A stretch of 42,620 bases of DNA from Ionaspis alba (taxonomy: Eukaryota). Under the pieces are notes generated by a model. The model made no database searches, was not told where the DNA came from, and saw only the letters and a list, made by a program, of their open reading frames with translations. Shown piece after piece: positions 21,924 through 35,781 of the stretch (position 1 is the stretch's first letter; each line of letters begins with the position of its first letter). A program made the translations under genes and the position numbers. The stretch covers positions 1 through 42,620 of the forward strand of contig CAXUUL010000056.1 of NCBI GenBank assembly GCA_964255285.1, read 5' to 3'.

Positions 21924-24819
21924 TTAAAAGTCCATAGGTTTATCGGTCAATTCAACTCCATGTGCTCTCTCAATCTCCCCACTGGCTCTTGATGACTCAT
22001 TGAGGCTTCCAACGCTATCCCTTTTGACAGCGTGCCGTGCAATCATACCCAGTCCCGACCCTGATCCTGATCCGGGTGTTTTCCTGTTCAACCTATTCGC
22101 GGCAGCGGCAACATGTCCCGTGCGTCCTAAGGAGTTCTTCTTCTCAACACCAACAGGCGCAGTATCTCGAGCGCCATCCATAGACACCGCTGAAGCAGGA
22201 ACGGTGTTCTCTGACACGCCATTTGTTGTCGATGGCTCCGGCATCGGCTTACTATGAGTGACTTCTGCAGAGACGGGATTGCTCGGTGGTTCCGCAGTCG
22301 GCGGGATCTCGCCAGGTACTTCAAGGCTGTGGCGGATGCCACGTTTGTGGGCATCAACATTCGCCGGTGGACTGGTTTGAATCGGGAATCGTCTCTCCGG
22401 TCCTCCACTCGACCTGTCTCTGCGATGTCCTCTTCCGTTGACTGTCGCTGATGGCGCTGGACTGGTAGCTCGTGACTTTGACACAATCGCCCGGTTGCGC
22501 GCCTCCATATTGGCGCGCCGGTTACTTTCGTCGGTGCTGGGCGCTCGAGGCCTTGGATTCGTTGGTGCAGCCAGCGTATGGTTTGCCGAACTTGCTCTTT
22601 TCAGCTCACCGAAGATTTCTTCTTTGTGATCGAAGAGATCGCGGATCAAACGATAAGAGTGGCGTTCGTGCATGGTGAGAGAATTGTCAATGCGAGGGCG
22701 GAGAATGCATGGAGCAAGTACTTGTGCAAGTGCAGCGATGAAGGGCTCATCTGCGGAAGTGAGTTCAATCAGGCGTGTGAAGTGTGTAGTGATCGCATCG
22801 AGTGTGGCAATGTTGGCTAGTCGAAGTTGCCCTAGGGTGTTCTGTAAGACGGATACTCGCGTCTCGGCAGAAGTAGACGAGTCGGGGGTGGAGTAAATGG
22901 TTTTGATGATCTCGTAAACTTGAGAAGAAACAAGGGAATCTAACGCAAGAATCAATCAACTGTTCCTAGGGATGTCAGCCAATGATGACCCTTACCAGGT
23001 AATTCGAGTAAGTATAACTTTAGAACGCTGGCAACAATGGGTATCTCATATCGATCTAATATCTCCCGAGGGACGACCTTGCCGCTATTGATGGAGTTGC
23101 GTAGGTGGTGCGTTGCTGCTAACGGGACATCGACAATCCAGATGCCGCGCCGAGCTTCGTCGCCTTCTAGATCGGGATAATCTTCATTGCTTGTTAGTTT
23201 CCATTCCGTAAGACCAAATATGGTACCTACGATTATCGAGGAAGGTAAGAATGGTTGTGACGATGATAGGTACACGTTTGCGATCTTGACGAGCTCGCGC
23301 CTCAAGGTCGACTCCAAATGTTTGTTCTATATAGAGGGTTAGCCATTAAATCCACGACCTGACGGCTGCACTCACCATCAACATTGTTGTAGTAATTGTC
23401 GTACACCTGAACTTTGGGAACAAATGCACCTGTACGGTAGTTTTCCAAGAAGTACCGAAGATCGCCCAAAGGCTGTACAGTTTCCTGATAAAGCATCATG
23501 TTGTCGACGGTGCTCTGGAGACTTGGAATAACATTGCTAATAGCTCCAGAGAAATCCAGCATCACTGCCTTGACTGCCTTCAAGCGATCTAGCTCACAGC
23601 GTTCCATGAACTTCAGGTGATCTATGATTGCTTCTTCGAGATTGCACCGCAATAGATCCAATTTCCGTACTCCTGCTTTGTACTTTTCGTCTGCGTCTTT
23701 AGCTTCCCTCTGGAGCCTCTCCATCGGTGTTTCATTGGGATAAGGATTGTTGAGTGGGTTCCAGCCAGATAACATCTCGCCCATAGATCCAATAGCAGGA
23801 GAATCACTGTTTGAAGCTACCGATGCCGTTGATGAGGCGCGCTCCAACTTTCTCTTCTCTGGTATTCCTGTTATTTGGAACACCTTCGGCCGCCACTGAT
23901 AGTGCAATTTCGAGCTGTTCGCAAAGACGTTACCAACATTGCCGACAAGCCTCAGGAAGCCATTTGAGACAAGATCTTGGCCTATTCTCTCTGCGTAGCT
24001 GACACTCGTGGCTCCCAACTCTTTCTGGATATATTCAACAATATCTGCTCCTGTCGAAACATTCTGATAGGTACCCAGGATTGGCACCTTGGTCTCACCA
24101 AGCTTGATCGTATTAAGGACATGCGTGAGTATCTTCTTGACCTGCTCTGGCTGGTAAGTCTCATCTCCTATTTCGATGGGATCCGGTTCCTCGGGATCTT
24201 CAAACTCAGACAACTTTATAGTTGGAGTGTTCTTGGGTTTGGGACTTGTGGGCTCGGTCTTCTCTGGGCTTTGGAAAGCTAATTTGTTTTCCTCCTCGAG
24301 ATCTTCTACCTGGCGGCATTTGTTGAAGTACGAGCTTCTCAGTTTCCTCACTACCTCTGCCTGCCTGTCATGAGCCTTAATTCGAGCCTGTAGATCATCC
24401 TGCGAATTGTGGACCCGAGCTTCGTGAGCATCGCACCAACGTGTGAAAGGTACCACCACTAGTTCGCTGATATTGGATGCGATCTTCTTATGATTCTTAG
24501 CTGCTTCCTCCATCTCGCTCCGCACTCCTTCATACGCCTAGAGCATACTCTGTTAGTTTCAGATTTTCAGTACTTGAGCTTGATGTACCTTTCTCAGACT
24601 TGCTCCATCGTCTCGTGCAAATCCTCCGGTCATCCTGTCTGTCGTAGGCACAATATCACCTAACCGTCGCCCATATTGCTCTTCAGCGTCAGCTCGTAGT
24701 TTTGCAATGGTAAGGATTTGCTGATCTTCAACAATGCCTTGCTGAAGCTTGCCGAACAAGACACCAAGTCCGCCGGCATAGTCGCTCGACCAGAAAGAAT
24801 CGGCAAATCCCGGCATCAT
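21924..24819 (-). CDS. RGD2: Rho GTPase-activating protein with F-BAR, DEP and RhoGAP domains (Rgd2/Rga8-like); introns 24588-24538, 23375-23327, 23230-23182, 22995-22940
   Basis: MPGFADSFWSSDYAGGL N-terminus, DEP region AERIGQDLV..GFLRLVGNVG, QTFGVDLE, and RhoGAP ASVLKLYLLELPDSLV and LAPCILRP. Confidence 0.9.
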
Positions 24820-25446
24820 GCCAATGTCAGTCGAGTCGCAAGGATGGATCCCAACAAGGTCGCCACGAGGGCATCAAGAAGCTTGTTCTTGTTTGTATTC
24901 AGCCTTTCTCTGATCTTCCAATACCAGACAGCCCTTTGTTATCTAATCCGGGCCCAGGGGAGCCCCAAGGCTTCCTGAGGATGCTCAATTGCAAGACGTG
25001 GAATACTATTCAAGAATTCGCCAACGCTGGAGAAGCATGGATGTATGCTTTACTTCGCTTCAGACTGGGCCACGGATGTGCCATGAAAATTGACAAGACG
25101 TGGCTGAAGCTGGCTGTAACACTGTGAGCAGGTAATGAAATAGTGGAATACTTCAGTCAATCTCACTCTAACGTTTCTAGCTCTCGGTTTCGCGCATAGA
25201 GGTTATGCAATTTACAGTATTTTGGTAAGTGCTGCGTGGAGATACTAAGACTACAGCCACCCGCGCTACCCATGATCGTAAAGCCCAGCTCTAATTCGTG
25301 CAAAGTTATGCACAGCGCAGACTTGAGTAAAATGTGAAACCGGTAAAGCGGTACCTCGGTTACAAGTTATCTAGGAGCTCTATGATCCGTGCATTATCGC
25401 ACTCGAAATGTACTCCATGAGAAGGTACCATTCAACCTCTTGAGCG

Positions 25447-27123
25447 ATGTCTTCGGAGCAAGATCCTTTGTTGCCTCGTACCCAGCCTGCTCCTGAGATA
25501 TATGGCTATGGGTATTCCAGGCTTCAGCAAGCCCAGTCCGAAGAGCAAGGACAGGAACAGGACAAATTTGAAGATAATGAGCAGGATATCTCAACGAACT
25601 CATCTCCATTGACATCCATTCTTGCTCTGTTTACTATCATAGTTGCTCTGTCTTTTCTCATAGCTCTTCTATTACCCGGAGGCCTGCACCTTCCACGGGA
25701 TAATGCCAAGAATGAAACCTCGAGCATTGATGCACGAGTTGACAAGATCATGTCTGAAAACCCACTTATAGGTTGATTTTCTGATCTTTGATACAATATG
25801 TCATGGTCTAGATCATGTCTGATACGTGTTAGATGGTCATAACGATTTGGCAATTCTCATCCGGTTTGTCTACCACAACAAGATCTACGCCAAAAGCTTC
25901 AAGGAATCCTTCGAGCACGGTGGCATGGCAGGGCATGTTGACATACCCCGTCTCAAAGAGGGCAAAGTCGGCGGTGCATTTTGGAGCGCTTTTGTCTTAT
26001 GCCCCAGGAATGGCAGTAACTTCTCGGATGAAAACTATGCAGAAGGTCAGTGCTATAGCGCTTTGCCTGCTGGATATGAGCTCGGTTGCTTGCGAAGCCC
26101 GTGGCGAATACGCTGCGCTCACTCGGAGAGGTAGAGAAAATCGTACTCGTGGTCCAAGGCTAACATTATCCAGCTGTTGCCACCACACTCTCACAACTGG
26201 ACTTACTTCGCAGACTGCTTGCCGCTTATCCCAATGTGTTTGCTTCTCCAAGCCTGAACAGTACCTCAGCGATGTCTGCTTTCAAGGAAGAGAGCAAATT
26301 GATCTCGCCGTTCGGCATCGAGGGACTCCACCAGATCGGCAATTCCTATTCCAATTTGAGGTTGTATGAGTCTCTTGGAGCCCGATACGTGACATTAACA
26401 CATAACTGCCACAACAAGTATGCAGACGCTGCCATTGAAACAACTTCCTCGAACACCATGGTGAAAGCAACGCCATACTGGGGTGGAGTATCCGAGCAAG
26501 GACAAAAACTTGTCCAAGAGATGAATAGAATTGGCATGCTGGTCGACCTATCGCACGTCAGCACGGATACCATGCTCGATGTCCTCGGGGGACGACCTGA
26601 AAAATGGAGCGGAAGTGCTGCTCCTGTTATGTTCAGCCACAGCTCAGCTTATTCTCTGTGTCCGCACCCGAGGAACGTTCCGGACGACGTCTTAAAGCTT
26701 GTAAAGAAGACTAACTCGATTGTGATGGTGAACTTCAGTCCAGACTTTGTGTCTTGTGTGGAATCGAATTCATCTTCTGGGATACCCGACCTATATCCGA
26801 AGAACGCTACGCTGCAACAGGTGGTAAGGCATATCACCCATATTGGTGATTTGATTGGATATGATCATGTCGGTATCGGGAGCGACTTTGACGGCATCAT
26901 GGACACACCCACTGGACTCGAGGATGTGGGAAGATTCCCAGATCTTGTGGCACAGCTTCTGAAGCATGGCGTAAATGATGATGATGTCGCGAAAGTTGTG
27001 GGAAGAAACATAATTAGAGTTTGGGGAGATACAGAAAAAACAGCGAAGCATATGCAAGGGCTTGGAATCTTGCCTGCGGAAGATGATGTAGGGAATAATA
27101 TGGGGATGAAATTGCACTTCTGA
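25447..27123 (+). CDS. Membrane dipeptidase (peptidase M19) with N-terminal TM anchor; introns 25772-25832 and 26046-26173
   Basis: PLIDGHNDL, GHVDIPRL, GIEGLHQIG, YVTLTHNC, EMNRIGMLVDLSHVS, FSHS and HVGIGSDFDG. Confidence 0.93.
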
Positions 27124-27557
27124 ATAGGAACAAAACCAACTCAGGCGTCTCAGAGCAAGATGTCTTGTAGCACTAATTACCGGGCAGCAAAAATTCTCGC
27201 GAGCTTTAATGACGTTCTACCGTAAATACCTTAGGTAGACAGAAACTATCGAAACTCGGTAGTGGCGCCAAGTCTATGCTGGAGTTGGCGAGTCAGCTAA
27301 TCAAACTCGGCACCACCTTGAGCCTCGCCTCCTCACGACGCGGTGCGGCTTAGAACGTGACAATCTATAGTCGCCAAGCATAATGTGGATGACGAAAGCG
27401 AGTGAACAGAAACTTACGCCAGCGTCGTCTGCCTGACTGATAACTCTACTCCCTAGAAAAATAGTCTTCAGCTTTTTCCTTCTCGCTCCCTACAACACGT
27501 CCACTTCAGATTTTGATGTGGCAATGAAGACAGCAGCATGTTCAAGGATATTCCAAA

Positions 27558-30500
27558 ATGCCATCTACAGCGTCAACAGAGACGCCAGAGGCAAAAGAGC
27601 TAAGCTTAATTGGCAAAGTCGAGCTCCGAATTGCCTTGACCGATTCAGACGTCAAGCTCGAGTCCGTCTTGAAGACCTATCTTGCTCCACTTCTTCTGAA
27701 GCTTGCGTCTGATAACCTGAGCGTCCGGAATAAGGTATGACGGTTCCCAGGGGGCTCTTCCACTGTGTCATCCGTACAACACCGCACCGTTGTTCTTGCT
27801 TCTGACCTCAAGGAACAGAGACTGATCAAGGATCTGATCCTAGGTCATCTCGGTTTGTCAGCACATCAATACAAGAATAAAACCACCGTATGCTTGATAT
27901 CCCCTTACTCTTCAAGGCGAAGGTCTCCCTGCTGTCGAATGCATCCTTTTTTACCTTGATCGCAATGACGTTCTTGGTGAGGTATGACACCATCGTTGAT
28001 TGTTGATCTGGGAACAGTTCTATTAGGTTACCCGTCGCCTCCTTACTGAAGCAGTATAAGGAGTGTCATAACACCCTTATTCGTCACTTCGATATTCTGT
28101 ACATACAACAAGGACTTGATAGACTTCCTGTTCTAGTATGTGCTATTCATTCATAGTTCTCCACATGTGTTTTGTTGGATTAGGCTTCGCTCGAGGTATG
28201 GGGTTTTGATACATTGCATGTAAACCGTTGTGTCCAGAGGCTTAAGCTTGCTCAATCATGGGCTATTCGAGGTAATTTATCAGAGGTGATTTGTGCTGAT
28301 AGTATGCTTTGACTGTTCAGGAGCGCCTAGACCTTCTGCCTACAATAATCCAAGGTCTTGCCGAGAATGTGCACGAGTCCGTGAACCACACTGCCAATCT
28401 ATTCAACCTGATACTCAGATTACTCCATCAAATGAGATTCCCTTCTCGGGGAAGCGACGAGGATCTTGCTTTGAGAGCAAGACTGGGATTGGTTGAGAGA
28501 CCGCAGGATGCCGAATTCATTGCAACATGGCTGGGAAAGTTGATCTTGTTCGCTAAACCGACGCCACCGTCAAATAGATGTCCGGGGCTCAACGTCGATG
28601 ACTGCAAGTTCTTGACTATCTATGGAAAAGAAGACACCTGGACGGTCGGAGCTCCTAGGAGCTTGAATCTTGTAGAGACCAAAGTTCTGGCTACAAAGTT
28701 CCTTGCTAGTGGAGCGTTCATCGACTCCGAGCGCCTCCTACCGGCTCTATTCGCCTCTGCAGATCCAAATTCTCGACTATCCGATATTGGTGATGACATT
28801 CTCAAGCGATCGATCCCGTCGACACCTTTAGAGGATCGAGGATTCCTTGAGAAGTTATTTGCCATCTATTTAGGGACAAAGGGTAGCTCGGGCTCTCTGC
28901 CAGCACGCGTGCCGCTGCAGACAAAGATATTGGGGCTTCTCTGCAGATCAAAAGAAGCGACAACTTTCATTCCTCAGATTGTCCAAATAGTCAATGAAGG
29001 CCTTGCGCCACGAACCTCGCGTGCTAGTGATCATGAGCCAGAGACTACCGCGCAGAAGCAAGGTTTGGAGACCTCTAAACTCAGAAGTCAGGTCTTCAGC
29101 TTCACAAACTGGGTTAGCCGCTATGGTTCTGCTGAGGACCTTGAGGTCGTGGCACCCACACTAGTCGCTGATCTTCGATCGTACATCTCAGGTCAAGGAT
29201 GGCCACGCATGAACGAAGATAGCTCCAACAACAATTCGGCTGAGCTTAATTCGCGTTCCTTTGGCTATGAGAGCATTGGCTTACTCGCAAAAGCCTGCCC
29301 TGGTAAACTAATATTGGATCCCGATCTCGACCTTCTTCGATGGCTCTTCAACTCTCTGAGTTGTGACACATCAGGGAAAGATATTATCATAAGTGTGGAA
29401 CACGCTCTGAGTAGTGTTTTGGGTTCGTTTGGTAATGCCCTCGATTCTGAGATTCGGGAACCTTTATCAAATCTCCTCCTCTATAACATGAGCTCCAAAG
29501 TCGGAGATTTGAATACATTCGGATATACCATTATTCGAAACACTCGATACATCTCCGTGCGCTTTGCCAATCGATGCCTACCCTTTCATAGCGTGGCAGG
29601 GCGATGGATTGATGTTCTGGCACTGGCAGGTGGTGCAGGCGAAAGACGCGAGGTGACAGAGGAAGGTAGAAAGGGTTTGGATCCGTATTGGTTCAGGAAC
29701 ATAAATCCAGCTCATGAATCTATGCCTACGCAAAATGATACCCCAGATCGAGGTCGTTATGACTTTCCCGCCTTTGATGAGTTGGTCGCTCTCTTTTTTG
29801 GTGCCGAGCTTGGGTCGGAGGAGTCGAAACTAGAGCAGATGGGGAGTGGCTACACTGCTGCTGTCGTCTTCTGCCGATGCATCTTACTTCAACACGCCCT
29901 AGCTGTGAAGCACATTGCTCCGGCTGGTGACATTAACTGGAAGAAGAACATTGATGCCCTAGTCACACATGATGATGCGATTCGCAAGAACATTCAGGAG
30001 TATCTTTTGGAAAAATACGGCAGAGGGACGGCGGCAGCTTCCAATCTTCTCAAATTTCTGCATGCTGCCTTCTCGGGATTGATTGATGAGACGCCAACAG
30101 ACACAGCTCTCGTAGGTGATTGCCTGCTGGAGCTCTGCATCTTCTCTCCAGCATCTATTCTGGATGATGTTGCTCCCCGAACCTCGGAACTGAAATCTAC
30201 TATACTTGGCAATAGGCACTCTTCAAGGCGTGTTGCGGCGCATGTATTTGGACTACTTGGGTCGCGTAAAGGCTGTCCTATCCCACATTTGCAAGAATCA
30301 GCAAATGTTTTCTTTGATAAGACAGCGAATTGGAAGCAAGCCATCGGATCTCAAGTGCATGAGGTTCACGGCTCAATGCTGGCATTGGCCTATTGGCTGA
30401 GTCGGAAATTTCATCTTACGGGAAGAGAACATGACTTCAAGAATCCACTGGAGTATACCTTCATCACATCCATCTTCGACATAATAGATCAAAGCCGAGA

Positions 30501-33500
30501 TAAAGACTTGGTTGAGGCTGCTATCATCTCGATTGATCAATTATGTCTATACAACACACTGTGCCCAGCTACCATCCCAAAGCCTCATACCGCCTCAACC
30601 TTGATAGAGAAATTCTCAGAAAAGGCCAAAGCAGGAGACGAAAAGGCCGTACTTGCTCTGGGGCACTTCGCAATGGTCAACAAAGACACATCGGCAAAGT
30701 CTGCTATCACTTCTATTATGGACGCTCTCTATGCGCTGCATGAGACAAGGCAGCCCGAGCTTCAATTCGCTGTAGGCGAAGCTCTGAGCTGTGCAGCCGC
30801 TGGGTGGCAGTCAAGCTCTCTCATTGGGGCTCTGGACGTCGAGAAGTCTTCGGCGTCTACAGGACTGCAACCGCAACCAGAAATTCTGAGCGCCGTACTA
30901 GACAGAGTTTTAAGCGATTGCAAAACCACAAAACCAGCGCTCAGGCAAGCGTCTGTGATCTGGCTTCTATGTCTCGTGCAGTATTGTGGTCATCTACCAG
31001 AAGTGCACGATCAGCTTCGGTCGTGTCAGACAGCTTTCAAGAGCTTCCTTGCTGATCGAGAGTCGCTGAACCAGGAGACAGCCTCTAGGGGTCTAACTCT
31101 AGTCTACGAAAAAGGTGACCGTGCGTTGAAAGATGACCTTGTGAGAGACCTTGTAGGCTCATTTACAAGCTCCAATGCTGGGCTTGCAGGAAATGTGTCA
31201 GAAGATACCCAATTGTTCGAACCAGGTGCATTACCTACTGGTGGTGAGAACTCTGTGACAACCTACAAAGATATCATGAGTCTTGCCTCTGAAGTAGGAG
31301 ACTCTAGCTTGGTGTACCGTTTCATGTCTTTAGCATCCAACAATGCTATTTGGTCAAGTCGTGCCGCGTTCGGCCGCTTTGGTCTTAGTAATATACTGTC
31401 AGACTCAAGCATAGATGGGTATCTCGCAAGCAACCCAAAGCTCTATCCAGCACTCTATCGATATCGTTTTGACCCCAATACCAACGTCCGCACCTCCATG
31501 AACGACATTTGGATTGCGCTCGTGAAAGATCCAACTGCAATCATCGATAAGTATTTTGACAGTATCATGGAAGATCTGCTTAAGCATATTTTGGGCAAGG
31601 AGTGGCGCACACGGCAGGCAAGCTGCGCCGCGATTGCGGACCTTGTGCAAGGAAGACCATTAGAAAGGTACGAGAAATATTTGAACCGGGTTTGGACTTT
31701 GACTTTCAAGGTCTGCGATGATATTAAGGAATCGGTCCGTTCAGCTGCGATGGCTTTGGCTCGGGTTTTGACCGGTGTCTTGACCCGAAGTCTGGAAGCT
31801 AGTGACTCCTCTGCAACGGCCGCAAATGCAGTGCTCAAAAAGGTGCTTCCGTTTCTATTGAGCCCTTCTGGTCTAGAATCAAGCGCACAAGAAGTCCAAG
31901 GCTTCGCGCTCAAAACTTTACTAAAGATCATCAAGAGCAGTAATGGAGGAGTTCTTCGGCCGTTCGTCCCAGATCTAGTCGGCCACTTGCTGTCTCTCCT
32001 GAGCTCGCTAGAGCCACAGGCTATCAACTACGTGCATCTCAATGCTGAGAAATATGGCATGACCGCGCAGCAAATCGACGATGTCCGTCTAAGCAGCGTG
32101 AGAGCTTCGCCGATGATGGAGGCAATTGAAAGATGTCTTGATATGCTGGACGAGGAAAGCATGAAAAAACTACAGCCGAGTCTGGAAAATGCTTTAAGGA
32201 CGGCCATTGGATTACCTTCGAGGGTTGGTGTGAGCCGAGTGCTGGTCTCACTATCTACGAGGCACAATTTCCTCTTCCGACCATATTCGAACTCATTTCT
32301 TAAGCTTCTCTGCAAACATGTTCTGGACAAGAACGAGACCATATCTGCGTCGTTTGCCACAGCGATCGGTTACCTAGCAAGGTTAGCGTCTGACGAGGAG
32401 ATTTTGAAGTTGTTCGACTACTGCAAGAAGCTCTATTTCGAGTCCGAAGACCGGAATCGTGCCGTGTCTGCCGAAGTTGTACATGCTGTCGCCAAGCATG
32501 CCACTGACAGATTTGCGTCTCTCGCTGGTGACATTCTACCATTTGTCTTCATTGCCAAGCATGACAGCTACGAACGCGCGAAAGACCCCTTCCAGGAAAC
32601 GTGGAACGAAAACGTGGGAGGATCCCGGGCGGTATTGCTGTATCTCAAGGAAATCATCGGCATAGCTTTTCCGCATCTGGACTCGCCCCGGTGGTCCGTT
32701 AAGCACACTTCCGCCTTTGCAATCGCAGACGTCGTAAAATCTGCGGGGGCTAAGATATCGAATTGTAATGCCGAGGCTATCTGGCCGTCTCTTGAAAAAA
32801 CTTTGGGTGGTAAGACATGGGAGGGGAAAGAGAAGGTTCTGGAGGCCTTTGTCATGTTCGCGAAGCACTCTGATCTCACGACTCCTGACGGACAGATTGC
32901 GGATCAAATGAGGGTGTGTAAGATCTATTCCTTGACCTCCGGCTTGACGACTCCATGTAGACCTTTGCTGACACGAATCGCTCTAAACAGCAGATCATCA
33001 TACGCGAGAGCAGACGAAACAATGCTTCCTATCGTCAGCATGCATTGCTCCAGCTCGGTGACTTCATCGAGTTGTGGGAGTCGTTCGACTGGTATGAGCA
33101 GGTCTACTCGGTCACAGCGCCTGTCATCCAGGATCTGCTGGACAACTCGCATGAAATGGACATTGACTCGCAATCCGGTGGTCCGTCATCCAAAGTTATC
33201 GCCGAACAGACCTTGGCAAACGCGCTCCGAACACTCCTCAAGTCGCTCATCCCGAAGGACCGTGTAACAGAGATAAGAATAGAGGCAAGACTTTCACAGA
33301 GCAACACACTCGTCTCGAAAGCCATGATAAGGAAAGAGAGGGTGATACAAGAGGCCATCTTGGACGGTGAGAAGTTCCTCTTCCAGCGTCTCGCCGATGT
33401 GCCTCCCAACCCTTCTTTGGATGCATGTTTGATGCCATTCGCCCTCGCTCTGTTCGAGGCAGATGACCAAAGGGTGGAATCGATTCGATCCAAGGCAGCC

Positions 33501-33647
33501 GAAGCAGTAGCCGAGCTAGCCGTCTATGCGAGCAAAGGAGGGGCAGTCAAAAAGATGCTGGCTTCTGCCATCCCCGAGGCTCGAGCGCGAGAACGCTCTC
33601 AGCCGGTGCAGCAAGTCCTGGATAGGATCCGCCGACGCTTGGATTAG
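27558..33647 (+). CDS. ECM29: Proteasome-associated HEAT-repeat protein Ecm29; introns 27735-27843, 27888-28017, 28136-28320, 32914-32990
   Basis: ELSLIGKVELRIAL...LKTYLAPLLLKLAS..VRNKV, LVYRFMSLASNNAIWSSRAAFG, LYRYRFDPN, EWRTRQASC and GKTWEGKEKVL. Confidence 0.94.
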
Positions 33648-35781
33648 GTGAACATGGAGATGATTTCAAGTTGTGGCGATCAACACGGCTACATTGTGCG
33701 CCTTGATATGATTTCTTTTCGTCCGAAGGCCGAACGGAGTATTCAAGAGACTACAGTGGTCCCGATAGGAGGAGTTACGAAGGTCGGGAGATTTGATGAT
33801 ATTCTTACCGATAGAGTAGACAATGAAGTCGTGATATCAAGTTCTATTCTTTTCAACGCGATTTGGAAGCATTGTGTAGACATTGATCTCCTTCTCGAGT
33901 GCTGTTTACTCATCCACAGCTTGAAAGTATAGCAGGAGTTGTGGGGTAACGAGGCAGTGGAATTGTTTTCACCATCTACTTCAGGTAGAATGTATGTACT
34001 CCATCGACCATATGTGGCGAACAATTCTATCAGGAGGTTTGCGAGTGGCGGTTTCATCTCCGCAAAAATGCTTACATGATTATTAACAGTCTCTCGTAAC
34101 ACGTGAAAAAATTTCCTTGGTGTGATACACAAAGGCACAACAGGTCGCCGATGTGAATCCGGGGGGGGGTGCAACAGCATGCAGAGGTCGTTGGGCGTCT
34201 GTACCCGGTCCCGTGGTTGCAGCCCTCAACGTGAACAGAGATTGGGGACATGGGCTTGACCCATGGCGCTGGATTGCGAACCGGGTTACGATGTGCTTTA
34301 GGTTATCCAATTATTTGCTCAATACCAAGATCAGACGTTACACGTCACTGGTTTTGCATCTTCCCTGCCACACCACACCAACCATATCTGTTCGTGGACA
34401 AATGGCGTTCTGGCGCAAACTGTGGGGGTTTGGTATGGGCAGAGGACGGGATGAGTGACACGGAAAACCTCGAGAAGCAAAATTTGGCAGTCCCAATGCT
34501 TGGTATCGCATGGCATTGTGGAGGTCGATTCGAACTCCCGGTCGTGTGGCAGAATGAATTGTCATTTTATAGTCCTACACTCCATAAATCCTGAAGCTTG
34601 TAACCCTACAGTGGAAATTGCCGTCCATAGATGGCAATCAGCCATTCATGAATCTTGTTTGCACCTTTCCAATTCATGTCGTTCTCGAAGTCCTTCCACT
34701 TTTCCTTTGATGACGACGCGTGAATTAGTAAACCTAGACCAGCGCTGACGACGTGGTATATGTTTGTATGTATGCAAAGTACCGGTATGGTCGAGGAAAA
34801 GTACTCCGTTCTGAGGATGTCCCAGCTGAAATTTTTCGCCTAGTAGGGCTGGAAGGAAGCCGACTCGCTCAACGCGGCAGGTCGGGGTCTAGACGGGCCG
34901 GTCGGGAGCCGCAGCTCGGAGAAGCGCAGAATGCTTGGCGCATCTCCCGTTTCATGCAGGCGTTCCACCAATTTGGAGAAGCAGAGCGGCGCTGGGGACT
35001 GCATATGGACGTGCTGCGCCACGACACGGGACCATGGTCTTTCCCACAAGCCTCATGTGCCAACCCTGCACCTCTTCCACCACCTCCAATCCCACACGAT
35101 GATCTGCTCGAACCCTGAGCCCAGGCTCGCGTCAAGAAGGTCCCCGAGACAGAGGAAGCCCGGCTCGAGGAGACGTGCTTGTCGTATGCAGACCTACGAC
35201 GACGATGACTATTCTTCAGCTCATATGTGTCCCCTTGCCTCTGCGGACCCTCCCGTAATTCCAATTCGTTTTCAGAACCTCTGTTTCTTGACCGAAAATG
35301 TCTTGCTTCACTGTCGTATCTATGTGTCCAAACCCTGTCGTGACCTCACGGAGCACTACCCCGACAGGGGTGATTTCCGTTTTCATGAGGCACGATGACA
35401 TCTGTGTATTGTTTTGGCTGCTTTTCGGCACTTAGTTTGTGGATAGGAGCACATCAATGTGACATACACTATCTGGTTTCCTTTTTGTATTTCACCGGGC
35501 ACTAGTAGTCTCGCAAGACTACCTCGTTATTGTAATCAATATATTCCTCTGCCCTATGTGGCTGCAACCCCCTGCCCATTGTATATCAAAGTGTATCAAC
35601 AACAGTGGGGACGGCAATTGTTGGATCATCAATGTTGACGAAATGCTTACATATCTGGTCGGACTTGCCGTGATCTGGGTGCGAGGGAAAGCACCTGTGT
35701 TTTGTTTTATATATCTCCTGATCTCCGCTCCAAAATAGCTTCATCAGAATCCGAATCCTGCATCGAATCGTCTTGGCAGAG

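Noticed and set aside
27735..28320. Longer ECM29 introns as possible snoRNA hosts or nested introns
   Set aside because: No convincing C/D box pair with terminal stem, no H/ACA layout and no interrupted donor could be identified by eye.
32914..33267. Apparent frameshift between ECM29 ORFs 28309-33267 and 33045-33647
   Set aside because: Explained by an ordinary intron (32914-32990; GTGTGT donor, GCTGAC branch, CAGCAG acceptor).
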